DNA of 64,000 nt, from positions 124,001 through 188,000 of the forward strand of contig JAHLWZ010000222.1 of the NCBI GenBank assembly GCA_020536535.1, in the 5' to 3' direction. Positions 36,956-49,900 of this stretch are shown here, piece by piece; position 1 is the stretch's first letter; every line of letters starts with the position of its first letter. A program made the position numbers and the translations under genes. The stretch is from Pelomyxa schiedti (lineage: Eukaryota > Protista > Evosea). Under the pieces are notes generated by a model. That model made no database searches. It worked only from the letters and a program-made list of their open reading frames with translations, and had not been told where the DNA came from.

Positions 36956-38634
36956 ATGGCGGCGGCAACAACAGCCACTGCTGCAGCAGCAAATTATGCC
37001 CCAAGCACAGCAGCACCCGACGAGTACCGGGTGGAGGAGTTGCGCGAGGTGCCGGGGAGGCCCCCCACCAAGTTGGTGCACGCGGCGCACTACCACTCTG
37101 TGTGCGACACGGCGACCGGGGAGGTGCACCGGTGGGGCGACAGCCCCCAGGACGAGCCGACGAGGTGCCCTGCCCCAGGTTGTTTTGGCTGCCATTCGAT
37201 TTGTCCCGTTGTGTGGTTCCGTGGTTTTGTAATTGTGGGACCGGGGAGGGTGTGGCTGTTGCTACTGTATCGCTTCTCGTTCTTGTGCCGTTATTTTTTT
37301 TTTGTTTGTTTGTTTGTTTGTTTGTAGGGGGTTAAAGAGTCCTTTTTAATCCACAAATTCAGAGTATGTGGAGATAGAAATATCGACCATTTGTCACGGG
37401 ATAGAGGGCATTTTATGTGACATTTGTTACAAATCATATTCTGATGTGGGTTCTGTAATGACATATGAGACCTTTGTTTCTGTCTTCAATAAGCTACCGC
37501 GAGTGCGTTATGATCAGCATATTACTGCCCATTCGTATGCCTAACAACACGGGCAGACGGTCTCTCAGATACTATTTACATGTGGAGATATTGACGCAAA
37601 CCCGGATCTTCCTAAGATGTTGCATTATTGCAGGTTCTCCCTTCCAGCACCTTTCTCCCATCTCATTCTTATCAGAAATAATCCATACAACTATGTGGTG
37701 CCAAATGTTACTCTTGCCGGTACGCGTTTAAATCCAACTATAGCAGAAAAGGTATTCTCCTCATCCCCGTTTCTGATCTGAGTCGCTTTTCAAGATCAGA
37801 AAGGAATGTGGAGCTATTTCTGTGTCTCGGTTTCCTAACAATAAGTGCGGGAAAAATTAAATCAATATTTCTCATCTTATCCAGGGAGCACTGTTACAAC
37901 TCTATTCAGACTCTTTGTGCTGGACCTGAATTCAAACAACTCTACATTAATATCGTGTTTGCACATGAAGCCACACCCCTAATCCTGGAAACTATAAATG
38001 ATGCTTCTGAAGACAGTAGACTGAAAGGAAAAATTGTAGCCGTACTTCTAATGCTTTGGAAACCAGGTACCCCTTCTTAGTAAGGTTATTTGTGCCAAAT
38101 CTCCAACTAGGGCCCCGCCCGACTCCATACACCAGACCCACCCAAGAGGACTACGAGGCCATTATTGAACTCGCCATTCAAAAAGAAGTAGTAGTTGGAT
38201 ATGACACAGACGCCGGACGCAGCATTTTCACAGCGGTCTCGGACATACCACAAATCGTGTAAGAAAGGGCTGAAATGGAGAAGTTTTGAAACCAACCTCC
38301 CATTAGAGATAGTGGCGATATTGAAGATATATCGAGACAGCTTGAAGGCTGCAAAAGCATGTCACGCAATGTACAAGCTTGCGCATATCCCAAAAAATAT
38401 AACCCACAAAAAAAAAAGATGTACATCAATGTACATGGCGATGTAATGCCTTGCCCGTTCCTAGAGCGGAAGGCACCTTGGAGCGAATCAAAGTATAACA
38501 TTCTCACATGCAATGACTTTCTCCGGGAAATATGGAACTCTGAGGATGCCCTCGATTTCCACTCATTCATTATCAACTCAAGTTCAGTAGAACCTCATCG
38601 CAAATGCAAATATGCAACCACATTCTGGTCGTAG
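36956..38634 (+). CDS. Radical SAM protein with a SPASM/twitch-like C-terminal domain, prokaryote/phage type
   Basis: Intron 37179-37362 joins CPAP to EYVEIEISTICHGIEGILCDICYKS (Cx7Cx2C at 37392-37427). Downstream GDIDANPDL, VPNVT, YINVHGDVMPCPF, EIWNS, RKCKY. Confidence 0.85.
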
Positions 38635-38957
38635 TAACCCATAATGCCCACTAGTCTCTATCACAAACGCACACATTGCATACTCTGCACCACCCCCAAA
38701 TAAATGTGCTATTAGAATTGAAAAAAATAAAAGGACTTGAAGTCCTATCCCAAAGTCATCTTTCGAAAACCACTCTTCGTGAAACAAAATGCCGTAGAGA
38801 AAAAATGTACCACTCCTCTATTGTGTGATTGCCAAGAGAAAATCGTAGTTGCTAGTCAAAAAAGGAAACCAAGGCTCTCTCAGCCTTTGCTTTTTTTTTC
38901 CCAATAATGTGGGATGCTATGCACAATGAATACAAGGTTCCATGGGGCCCATTGAAT

Positions 38958-41900
38958 CTACGAAGAGGATCGAGATGAGGAAGCAGGATACTTGTAAAAT
39001 TGGTGACTATCATCAGCTTCCGGTTCTGCAGGAAGATGGAGAAGATACCCTCCCGCACAGAGTGTTTGTATCAGCTCCGGGATGGAATGTGCTTCGGCTC
39101 CTGTGAGACGGTGCTTGTAGGAGGTCTTCAGTACACCGGCAGATACAGTGTGCTTAGTCTTAATGCTTTTTTTGCAGGTTAGTTGTATAGGGGGATGAAA
39201 GGCAAGAGTTTATACCTTTCGTAAGTGACTTTGGAATTCCTGAGAAGACACAACTCAAATACTTCCTTGTCAGACTTGGGATGTATGCGGACAATGAAGG
39301 AACCGTAATCCAATTTGTGCAGCAACACTGGGCAGTCCTCATCTTTTGCAGAAGGGACGAACCACCTGATGAACGGTCAACAAGGAACAATGGGAAGAGA
39401 AAAAAACGAATGTAAAATTGGTGCTTGGATTGCTTACTCTTTTTCACAAAGGTCCACCAAATGAGGCAGATCAATGGGGCATACTTCTTCTAGGATGTTC
39501 TCATCAAAGAACGGCCCAAACCACCTTGCCAGTTGGCCAAACCTTTTGGCCGTAACTGTGTCAGTTCCATTTTCTGTGTTAGGGTGGTTACCAAATAAAT
39601 GATTGGAGAGTGTTGGGAGATCCTACCCGTGACCAGACGCTGCACTGGCCTAATGTCTGAGATCAACTCTGACATACTGTACATGAAACTAGCCCAGTCT
39701 ACCTGCACTTTGTTCACTCCAAATTTCTCCTTCCAGAAACTTCTAGCACCATGATCTGGAATGTGGATAGCCAGTTTCATTGATTCCAAACGGTCGATCA
39801 CTTCCTCAATACCAGGTCGCTAGGAGGAGAAAATATCATGTTAAGTACAAAGATGGTGAGAAGGCTACCTCCTTTGCTTCCTGATGCCACATTTTTTGAA
39901 TTAACCTCTCCTATGAGGAATATAAGAACGAGAGGAAGGAGGTATTACAAGAGTGAGAAGGATTTCAAACCAGTTTTTCTTTCAATCGTAGGGGAACAGG
40001 TTGCCGTGCAGGAATATTAGCTGGAAACACTGGGCGCTCTGCCCTGCCGTGAACTGCATTCTCCACAGATTCCGCACTCTGGTACATTGGAAATGCTTCA
40101 CATTGCATGAAGAGCTCAAAGAAAGTCATACTTAAAGCATAGCTTAGAGAAAAGTTAGTCATGTAATTGGCCCCTTTTTCCCTTACATATCAGCTGCTTT
40201 CGACGAAGGTTCCGGGTTGTCGCCAAATAGTTCAGGAGCCATGAAGAGTGCTACCCAGGAGTCAGAAATCATTGAAGGAAGGGAAAAGTGTGCGTGTTCC
40301 GTCACCATCACCAGATTCCATTGAATCTCCCCCTTCTGGTGGCAAAAATGAGGCAAATCCGAAGTCACATAACTAGGTGCTTTTAGAAGAGGACAGTCAT
40401 TTAAATGGTCTTGAAAATCACCCGTATATGAAAATGCACATCAAGCAAAAAATTTGATGTTTTAATGTCTCTTACAGGTAGGTGTTAGTGTTTTTCTGTA
40501 TTGTGGGAAATAGGACCTAACCTGTGGAGAATACGCATTTCATGTAGCACGGCTAGGGCACGGGACTATACTCAGTGTGAGTTGAGAGGGAAGGAAAGGA
40601 ACAACACCAAGATAACGTTTTGGAACGCCAAATCACATACCGCTTGAAGAGCAATGTCAAACATTGATTCGATTTCAATGCCCCCATCCACAAAGGGATG
40701 AAGGGCAGAGGACACCTTCTCTGGGTGGAAGATGGCCGTTTCCAATGAGCACTCCATCACCGGCATTAGAAAGAATACTTCGTTGGTGGTTTCACGGATA
40801 CCTGCAGAGAAGAAAAAGTGGAGCAATGATCGTCAAAAAAATTAAAAAGCCAATTCAAATTACCAATCAGCGGGATTATGTTCTCGTGTACAGCGCTCCT
40901 AAGTAGGATAGTTAATAAAACAACTAGAAGCTAAAAAGTTTCAATGTACCTGTGGACCCATGCCTCATACTTCAGATCTGAAATATAACAGCGGTTACGG
41001 TGGTGGTTGTGTTCGTGTCTGTGATGGTGGTGGTGAAGCTTTACAACCTTCACTGCGAAAGAGTTCCGTGCGAAGGTCGCTGAAGACGAAGTGAGTTAAG
41101 GAGGTTTGAAAAAAGAATAAGAAGCAACACGGAACTTACCTTTGTAAACTTCGCCATAGGCACCCTCTCCAATTTGTTCTTCGAGATGGAGAGCGTCATT
41201 GCTCTCGGAAATATCCCACATAGTGGGAGGCCACTCCTCCCTGCTCCCCCTACGGTCCCTCTTGTTCCTGTGTTTCTTGCTTCTCCTCCTCCCTCTGTGC
41301 CTCCTGGTCCTGTGTATTGAGGGGCTCTTGTTACTGGAAGAGTTGCTCGAGCGGCTCCGGGAGTGGACCAGTCCTGTAAGTGTTGTAGAATCTGTTGGCG
41401 CTGTTGTTGATGTGGTGTTGGAGGGTTCCTCGGGGGGGTCCTGCTTGATTTGAGCCCTTGGCCCCTGCCATGTACGCTGCTGGCCCTCTAGCATTTGTTG
41501 CTGTAACTGCTGGTTCTGCTGGTCCAGCATTGGAGGAGGTGGAAGTTGTTGGGTCAACATTGGAGGTGGAATTCGCACGAGTACCTCGGCCGTTGGTGCT
41601 ACTCGTGGTTTCTTTTCTGACCTTGTGTCAGAATAATGTGCTTCATCGCGAGGAGGTGGTGGCCTGACATTTCCGGCGTGCCCATCAGCCTCCTCAAAAC
41701 TCCTCTCTGTCAAGCGGTTTTTAGGCAATCTTGACGAACTGTTACTATTAGGTTTTGTTGTGCAACCCCTATTTGATGTGCCTGTCGATGCCTTTGGGGG
41801 GCTGTAAGATGGAATTGTGTGGGATGTAATTGATCGATGCGGCTGATTAAGTGGAAGTGGGCCAATGAGAGGTTCTGCAGCCAGTGGAAGTGGGCCAATG

Positions 41901-42140
41901 AAATTCGGTGGTAGTGAAGGTGGTTGACCGGGTAACGGCGCGTGAGGCCACTGTTTCGATACCCACACTATCTGCCGTCCTTCCCAGAAATACGGCGACC
42001 GGAGGGCAGCGTCTCTCTCGCTCTGTGATACAAATTTCACCCGGTAGAGCCCCGGGGTCGATACAACAATTTTCCTCACTCTGAGTGAGAGTGGATTGAG
42101 AACAACACCGAGGAGGGTGAAAACCGCCGCACATCATTTA
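38958..42140 (-). CDS. TKL-type protein kinase with a C-terminal EF-hand-like linker and SH2 domain (SHK-like); RRM-like N-terminal segment; 5' end uncertain
   Basis: IGEGAYGEVYKG, FAVKVV, HRDIKTSN, CDFG, FMAPE; linker SFWKEKFG..VDWASF..ARWFGPF; SH2-like EWF..YGSFIVR..SIPELIQ. Confidence 0.85.
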
Positions 42141-45100
42141 ATTGAATGAATTCTATTTAGTGGGCGATGCTGCGCACAAAAGAGCGAACAAAAAACCGCC
42201 GCATACCCGTCTCCTATACACTTTGCCTTGCTGTTATCTTTGGGTGTTGTTACGGGTAGTGGCGTAAGCGTGAAGAGGGATAGCTCCATGAACAACGCAA
42301 ACGATCTTGCCCGGTGTGGTTCGTCACTTCGGTCCTTTTTTTTTCTTTTTATCTTTTTCGTCTTTTGTTTGTTTTCCGAATTCATTTGGCACACCGACCG
42401 GGGATTCACTGTTGTCTCTCTTCCTTTTGGTAAGGCTTCACCCGTTTGTACTCTGTTGGCTTGCAATACTCCAATCATTCGCATTTTGCCCATATCTCAG
42501 TGCAAAATATAACAAATTACTCGTAACGAATGTTGGTGTTCCAGTTCTCTACACACACTGCACTTCAGCACGTGAATCACGTAACAAAAAAGAGTGAAGA
42601 AAAATAAAAAGCTTTTATTGTTTCCCTTTTCTTCGGCGTTTTTCGGGCCCACCAAAGGTAAAAAATGGATATGTTCACCACTTTGCCTTTGGTACCCCCC
42701 AGGAATCTCACCTAAATTGTGGCGTTGTTAGAGCACAAGTGGGAATGGGGTTACTTGAGGGAACCTAAAAACGAGAGAGTGCGGTGTGCGATGTACGCTT
42801 GAAAACGAAAGCGAAAAAAACTTACCAAAAAACCAACACTGGATAAGCATCAACTAGTTGGTGTTGTTAATTATGTGCAGGGTAACAAGTAGCAAGTACG
42901 CAGCTACGTAGATGGATTTTTAATTTGTGAACTTTGGCGAATTCCGTTCGAACGGCACTTCAAGAATATGACGAGTTGCAACTGCAACAGAATAGATCTC
43001 GACAACGATACAGATGCGATCTAAGGTGCAGATCACCACGAGTTCATGATACATGCTGATGCACTGTAGGCCTGTGTGCGTCGCAACACATTCCGCCAAA
43101 GGCTGGGACTTGTCCCAGTCCAATCCAAATGCTCACAGTCCCCTCTTACGGTAAAGTATTAGCAATCAACACCCGGGTGCGATGGGGGTGTGGCAGCAGT
43201 TGCCGGATGGTGGTTTTATCGGGGACAGTGTCGTTGGTAGATGAGGGCACACAGTAGCCCGACTACGCGATCTTGAATGTGGGTGTGTGAAATGCTGGGG
43301 CAGTTGCAGCAATTGGCCAGCCAGTTGGCAGGCCAACGATTCCCACTATGCACAATGACTGGAGGCAGCATTTACAATGAACAAGAAGTGTGAGGCCACG
43401 TGACAATGTGTGGCCGAGGAGTCGGTTTTGATTCGGATCTTGGGTGACTCTTGCTTGCTTGCTTGCTTGACAACGAGAAGGAGCCAAGGGAAGAGCCAGC
43501 AGTCGTGATTGTGGGAGCGAGGCACATTTTGCTGCTTTTTTTTCCCCCTGATTTGTTTCACAGGTAGATGATGTGGGGTTTTTCCCCATTGGTCTTGACA
43601 TGTCAGGCAAAAAGATACTGTTGTTCAAAAGCTTTTGTTCTTCTTCAGATGTCATACACGGTTGTTGACAAAAAAAAAGGTGGGGTGCTTTTCCTTCATT
43701 TTATTCCCAATAACATAACATGCAAGTGGTGAGTGCTTTGATTTGCGTTGCTCTTTTGGGATCTCACGTGAGCCTCTCGTTTCCGTGCTTTTGCCGTTGC
43801 GTATCGTTGTTGTGTTGATGATCTTTTAGGATTTCTCAGAGATAGATGTGTTCTCTCCACTCCTGGGTTTTTCCGTAGACTTGTTTCCGGTCTCAAGTGC
43901 AACAAGGTCCCAGAGTTTGTTTGCCTCTCCTCGCTCTTGATGTAGAGTTCTTTTCCGTAAAAACTCTTTTCATTCAATCAATGAATCAAGGGGATAATGA
44001 AGGGGATAGACAGTGTAGTTATTCAAGACAACAAGGGCTCTTCGGCACTTTCAACCAGAAACAGAATAATGTGTTGGTGATGGTGATGTGGGGTGGCGTG
44101 CTGGTCCATCTAGGAGTGATGCATCCTTACCTATGTGACTCATTCAAGAAGACTATGTGCCTACTTCTGGTTACTATTTTTCCTTTCGAATAACCCCAAA
44201 GTTAGTGAATTGCAGATTATTTGGACCCCCTTTGACTTGAATCAATGTGCCATTTGTTTATGAGTGCCACCAAAACCATGCCACAGCCCCCAGGTACCCA
44301 TTACTGTTGTCCTGAAGTCTCTTCCAGGCAGGAAGGTAAAAAACACTCGGGAACCTCCGATACGGCTTACGTAGCGAGTGTATGGTGAGGTTCTGGTCAT
44401 TGATTGAATTTCTGCCTTAGCAGATGGAATTCGAGTTGATACTGCTGAACATGTAAAGCTCCATATGGAGATTAATCCGCATAAAGAAGTAGGTTGACAA
44501 ATCTTTTTGGACAGACCATCTTTATGCAGCAAATGTTTTTCAGTTTGGGGAGGTCTCACGATACAGAATTTGTGGCCAGCTTTCAAACTCCTTTAGATAA
44601 TCCAATATCGATACCCTGAGAGTATGTAGTGTTTGCATTACCCAAAGAAGATCTAATCTCTTTCCCCAAAGAACGTGTTTTGTTCAGGCTCATCTATAAC
44701 GGAAGTGCTAATTGATGCACGAACCATTCAATTGAAATATACAGATTGTAAAGTTGGTCGGCATCGGGACTCACTTATGATGAAAAAGAGTGCCAGATGA
44801 TGAAGTCAAATTCTTCAACTGAGCGGACGTATTATATTTGGCGGCTTCCGAAGCTGTGAAAAAGGCTAAACGGTAATAAATACCCCTCACTTCTCAAATA
44901 CCAAGGATTTTACAATATATATTTTCATTGAGAAGCTTTTGTAGGAGGCCTCTGTCGATGCAACGGCTTACGCAGTGCACGCCCTCAGTAAATTAGGATC
45001 CGGAGTTCATTTTGAAAGTTACAATTCCGCATGCGAACGAACATCAAATTATGTGGTTTCCTTGGCTGGCAACATCAGACATGTAAGTTCAACAACATTC

Positions 45101-45369
45101 TAGTTAGTGATCGCCATTCCTTGGCAAATACTGCACTACGGCTCTGTGAAAGGTCCTGTGCATAAAAGAGTTCCGTTTATTGAGCCATCGACAAATAAGT
45201 TGACTGTTAAGACAAAAAAAATATTTCTTTTATTGCTGTTGGGTGAGTTTTGTGTTGGTGATGAGCGACGCGAGGCCCAGGTACGTGTGTTCTGCCAACC
45301 CAAGCTCGTTTTTTTTTTTCGCACAGAAGCCAACTTGGCCAAAGACGAAAGAAAGAGCAGAAAAATTCG

Positions 45370-46831
45370 ATGAAGGGAAGGAAAGCGAAGGACGCGGCGG
45401 CGCACGAAGAAAAGGAGACCGCGAGTACCAGCAGCACTACCAGCACCACAGCCAGATCTTGCACTACATCTACGAGCACTAGCACGAGCAGCACCGCCAC
45501 AGCACCGGAAAAGCGACACTTACCCGCGAAACGGGGGCACCCCCCAATGTTACAAACAAAACTCAAGAGTGCCAGGAAAGACGGAGATGGCAGTGACGAC
45601 GAGAAAGATCCGGATAGTGACAGTGACGAGAAAGACGAGGATGAAGTTGCCGATGACCACAAGGGTTTGTACCATGGCACTTTCGTTTTTTTTTTTTCCA
45701 TTTCTAAGTTTGTTGCAGAAAAGTTGCTCCTCGACACACCGAAAAAGGGAACAATGCCGTATTATGGAGAGGTGCAGTGCTCTAGAGCGCCAAAATGCAA
45801 AAACAAAGCATATTGGTTCTTGCATAATGAGGCATTGTGTGGTGTACATGCAAGGGCGCCAAAGGGGCCCATTAAGGACAAAGAGGGGCAGAGAGTACCC
45901 CTGCCTAAACGGCCGCGGAGGGAACAACAAGAAATAGCACAACGGGAAAAGGCTGCTCATTCTGCCACTGTGGAAGTGGCGAGATTGGAGAACCTCAAAG
46001 CAGGACGTGTGGGACGTGTGGCCCTTTACAGGTTTTATCCCTTCTCATCCTGATATAAAGAATTCTTCATTATTAAGCTTTGTTCAGAATGAGAATGATG
46101 ACGTCCCCACCAAATGAAAAAGGGTGGATGAAGGTACCACTGCCAAGTAAATTTTGTGGTATTAAAACGGAATTAGGTATTCCCCAATTTTAAGCATGGA
46201 AACCGCACTGATGGGTTTGGATGCATGCACCTCTCACCAAAGTTTTTGGGTCCTGTTGAACATGGACAACCTGGATTGCCCCCAGCCCTAAATATCGAAA
46301 ACTTTCACCAGGTAGCGTAGTCCTATTTTCTCTTTTCTATTTTCCTTCATTTACTAGGGGTCCAAGTGCTTCCCTGAGGAGTTAGCGGAGGACAGAGTCA
46401 ATCCTGGACCACTCTTTTATAAGAACAGGCTTCAGTTTTACACGGACCCCACACCACACCGTCACAAATACAAAAACAACAACAACACTAACCCGAATAT
46501 ACCGGTTTACTTTGTATGGGTGGATAAGGATGGCACCGAGCACCACCTGAACTACATTCAGTCCCGGCAATTCTATTGCAACTTCTACGCCCGCATGGCC
46601 TCACAACAGGCTGAATACCACCAGCTAGTGGAAATGTACAAGAACGGGACCAACTTGTGTATATGCGGCTATGATGCCTTTCCTCTTGTGTCACAGACAG
46701 TTCAGCAAGCCTACCTTGACGCCTCTAAGCCCTTTGGACATGAAAGAGTTCTCTATGCCATGCTCACAACAAAAGAAGACGATTGGGTTTGGAAAAAATA
46801 TAAGACTTTTGATTTCTATGTCCTCTATTGA
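45370..46831 (+). CDS. DUF6939/NADAR-like protein of giant-virus type with an N-terminal Zn-finger
   Basis: CSRAPKCKNKAYW..LCGVHA; spliced core VFPNFKHGNRTDGFG..LSPKFLGPVEHGQPGLPPALNIENFHQGSK; YIQSRQFYCNFY, ICGYDA, PFGHERVLY; introns at ~46032, 46134, 46312. Confidence 0.7.
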
Positions 46832-46957
46832 ACATATTACAGCACTGTCCTTAGTTTTGGGGCATGGTCGTTGTCCTTGTCCCACAGCTCCACATTGGCA
46901 ACGGACAAGCTCAGAAGCCAGGTCCTTTGAAAGTTCATGATAGAATGCAACAAGGCA

Positions 46958-49900
46958 TCAAGCCCAGCTATCTTGAATCCATTGTGCAGTGAGAGTCTGC
47001 ATCTGCTTGATGGTGGCACTGCTAGTGTTGAACATGCGAACACTGCTCACGTCGACGGAAAGAGCGGAGGCAACGGCCTTTAGGCTTTCCAGCAGGTGCT
47101 CGATGCTGTACACAACAGGTGCTGCCTGGGGCGGCCCTCCGTTTTTTCCCAGGAGGCTGCTGGTGAGGTTCATGCATTCATGGACTTTGGTGTCAAATTC
47201 TGCCAACTTCTGCTGAACCGTCACAAGCTGCCGATTCCTTTCTGCCGCTTCTTTGTGGCGGTTCCTTGTCCACTCAAGAGCCGCTGCAGCCCGGTCGTAC
47301 CTGGCTTTGCACTCTGATAAGTGAGCGGTGCTCATCTCAAATGTGTGCTGTGCCTCCTTCAAGGTCTGCTCAGCACTACGGACCGCATTTTTCAATTTGG
47401 ATACACGTGCCTGGGCAACCATCATGGGAATTTCAAAGTGACACGCAACACCCCAGATCAGATCATTCTGGAATTCCAAATAATCACGGGCATGCTGAAG
47501 CTCGCTCTGACGGTCCTCCACACGGCGTTTCTGGTCGCACAGGGAGCTGGCCATCTCCCCATTCTCCTGCAGCTTCGCAACGTAGCTCTTGAGATTCTCA
47601 ATTGCACGGTCCAGATTTCGTATGGAACTTTCAAGATCGGACCTCTCAACACGGTTCCTCTCTTGCTCTCTCGCAAGTTCCCTGTGTTTCTTATAGAGTG
47701 CAAAAACAACAGCGCCAAAATCAGCATATGCCTGGGATGCTGTGTTTAAAAGATTGGTAAGAGCAAAAGAGTCGTGAAAGTGTTTTGTTGTGTACTTCGC
47801 TGCATACCATAGGAGTGCAATTCATCTTTGTAAGTTTGTGCATAAACCCCATCTTTTAATCCAAACATAAACTTATCCAACCACTTAACACTGTGCAGGA
47901 ACTTCGTAGTCGCTGCAGAATCTACTTCAAAGGGAATCTGTGCCCCAACATCATTACCATTTCCTCCTGACTTGGGTGTGTCTGGGCCAAACACCCACTC
48001 AAACTTTCTTCCAGATATGTCGGAGCTGTGATGCGTCCAAAAATACGCAGGATCCTGTGTAGCTCGAGGCAACCCTGCAAATTCCACAGTAACATATGTG
48101 CGATTTTTGAAGTGGCATAAGGCTGCCCTGCATTCACTGGTTTCCCCCGAGTCGTATATTAGACTGGCCTCAGTTTTAAAAGTGAAGCGCAATGGGTTTT
48201 GAGCGGCGGCCGACTCTACTTGATAAACTATCCCCGAGGAAGGCGCAGAAGCATTGGCAGTAGTTCCAGGATTTGGCAAGTGCACAGCATAAAACGAATA
48301 GTCTTTGAGGACAATTTTTTGGAGAAGTTCGAGGGTCTGTTCTGGGAGTTTAGTTGTTAGGTCGCCACATTCGGGTACATTCTCGACAAATTCAAGCAGA
48401 CTAATTTTCTTTACAGAGGAGGCAGGGTTTGTTCCATGGGGTTTTTGAAATTTTAAGAATACCAGCTTTTTTGGATTTCTTTCATCACTGGTGAAGCTGT
48501 ATAAAGTAAGGGGGAGTCCAAAGACTGTTATGTTTTCATGATTGCAGTTCATATTCGAACTGTAGCCTTGAGTGTGATTTTCTACAGTCAAAGTGGGGGT
48601 ACTAGTGGAATTGTCAGGTGGTGTAAAGTTGCCTCGCAATTCATCTATCAACGACAGGGTATCTAACCCTGCAATTATATCAGCAAAGGCTTTGTTGTCC
48701 ACAGGCACTTTTTCCAATATACCCTGCAAGTCTTGGTTCAGGGTGTCTCCCAAATTTTTAATCGTGTCTTGGAACTTGTCATGCAGTAAGTATGAAATCC
48801 TCTCATCCAGGTCTTTCAGATTTCGCACACACTTAAGCTTTTTGTATGAATCATCCATTGCTGTTATTTCTCGTGGATTGTTTGGAACTTCGTGCAACAA
48901 GCCAGCACAGTATTCATAAGCAGACTGGATAGCCTGTTCCAGCAAAGACTCGGGCTGGGAAGATATTTGTTCCAAAAAAACCCAGAGATCCTTCGTGTCA
49001 ATTATCACTTTGAGGGTGCAAAAGTCTTCTACAAAATCAGCTACATCTGATATTTTCACCACCTTGCTCATGCATAACATAACCAAATCCGTCAAGTCCC
49101 GACCAATGTCTGCCCTCTTCTTTTGGAGGGAATTCAGTTCTGGGAGGATCTCTGTAAGCTGGTCAACACACTCTCCAAGGAACGCCAGTTGGCGGCAAAG
49201 CGAATCGAGTGTGCAAGAACCCTTTCTTGGTGAGAATCTTGCATGCTTGGCCTCTGTTAGGACAAGCTCCTTCAGATTGGGGATTGTTGTTGCTTCTTGT
49301 ACACGTTGTGTAGACCATCCCACAAAGTCACTGGCTTGTTCTTGGACAAATGGGAATCTTACAAGGGACTTGCTGAGAGTCTGCATGATCAAAACTGACT
49401 GCACTAAGGCAGTAAGGTCATTCTCGATCAACCCGGCATGTACCTCCTTCTTCATGGTATTTGCGTTTTTTGTGACTGTGTTCCTCAGCCAGCCCTCAAA
49501 CTCAGCAAGTGTCTCCTTGCCTGAAAGGAATAGCTTGTCACCAAGGAGACAATCCACGGAGATAAGTAACTGGTGGTAATCTTGTATTTCTATGTTACAT
49601 GTCACAGGGTGTTCCAACATCTGGGCAAGACTGTGACGTGCTTCCTCTTTCCGGGAATCAAGTTCCCTGCACAAGAACCTCTGGCACACCTTGCATAGTG
49701 GACCTGTGTTCTCTGATGGATGAACCTCATGCCGCAACCCTTCCTGCTTCAGCCATGTTTGGAAAACCCTCTCCATCTCTCCTGGCCTCTGGAAAAGAGT
49801 TGACAACAAAGAGCAAGGGAGGTCTCTTTGGGGTGGCACTGCATTATTTCCTTCAATCTTCAAGCCTGACAGTTTACTTGTTGAGTCATTAGTTGGACTT

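Noticed and set aside
36956-38634. Viperin identity for the radical SAM
   Set aside because: It lacks the viperin NYHFTRQCNYKCGFCF signature and Cx3Cx2C spacing, and has a SPASM-like tail instead.
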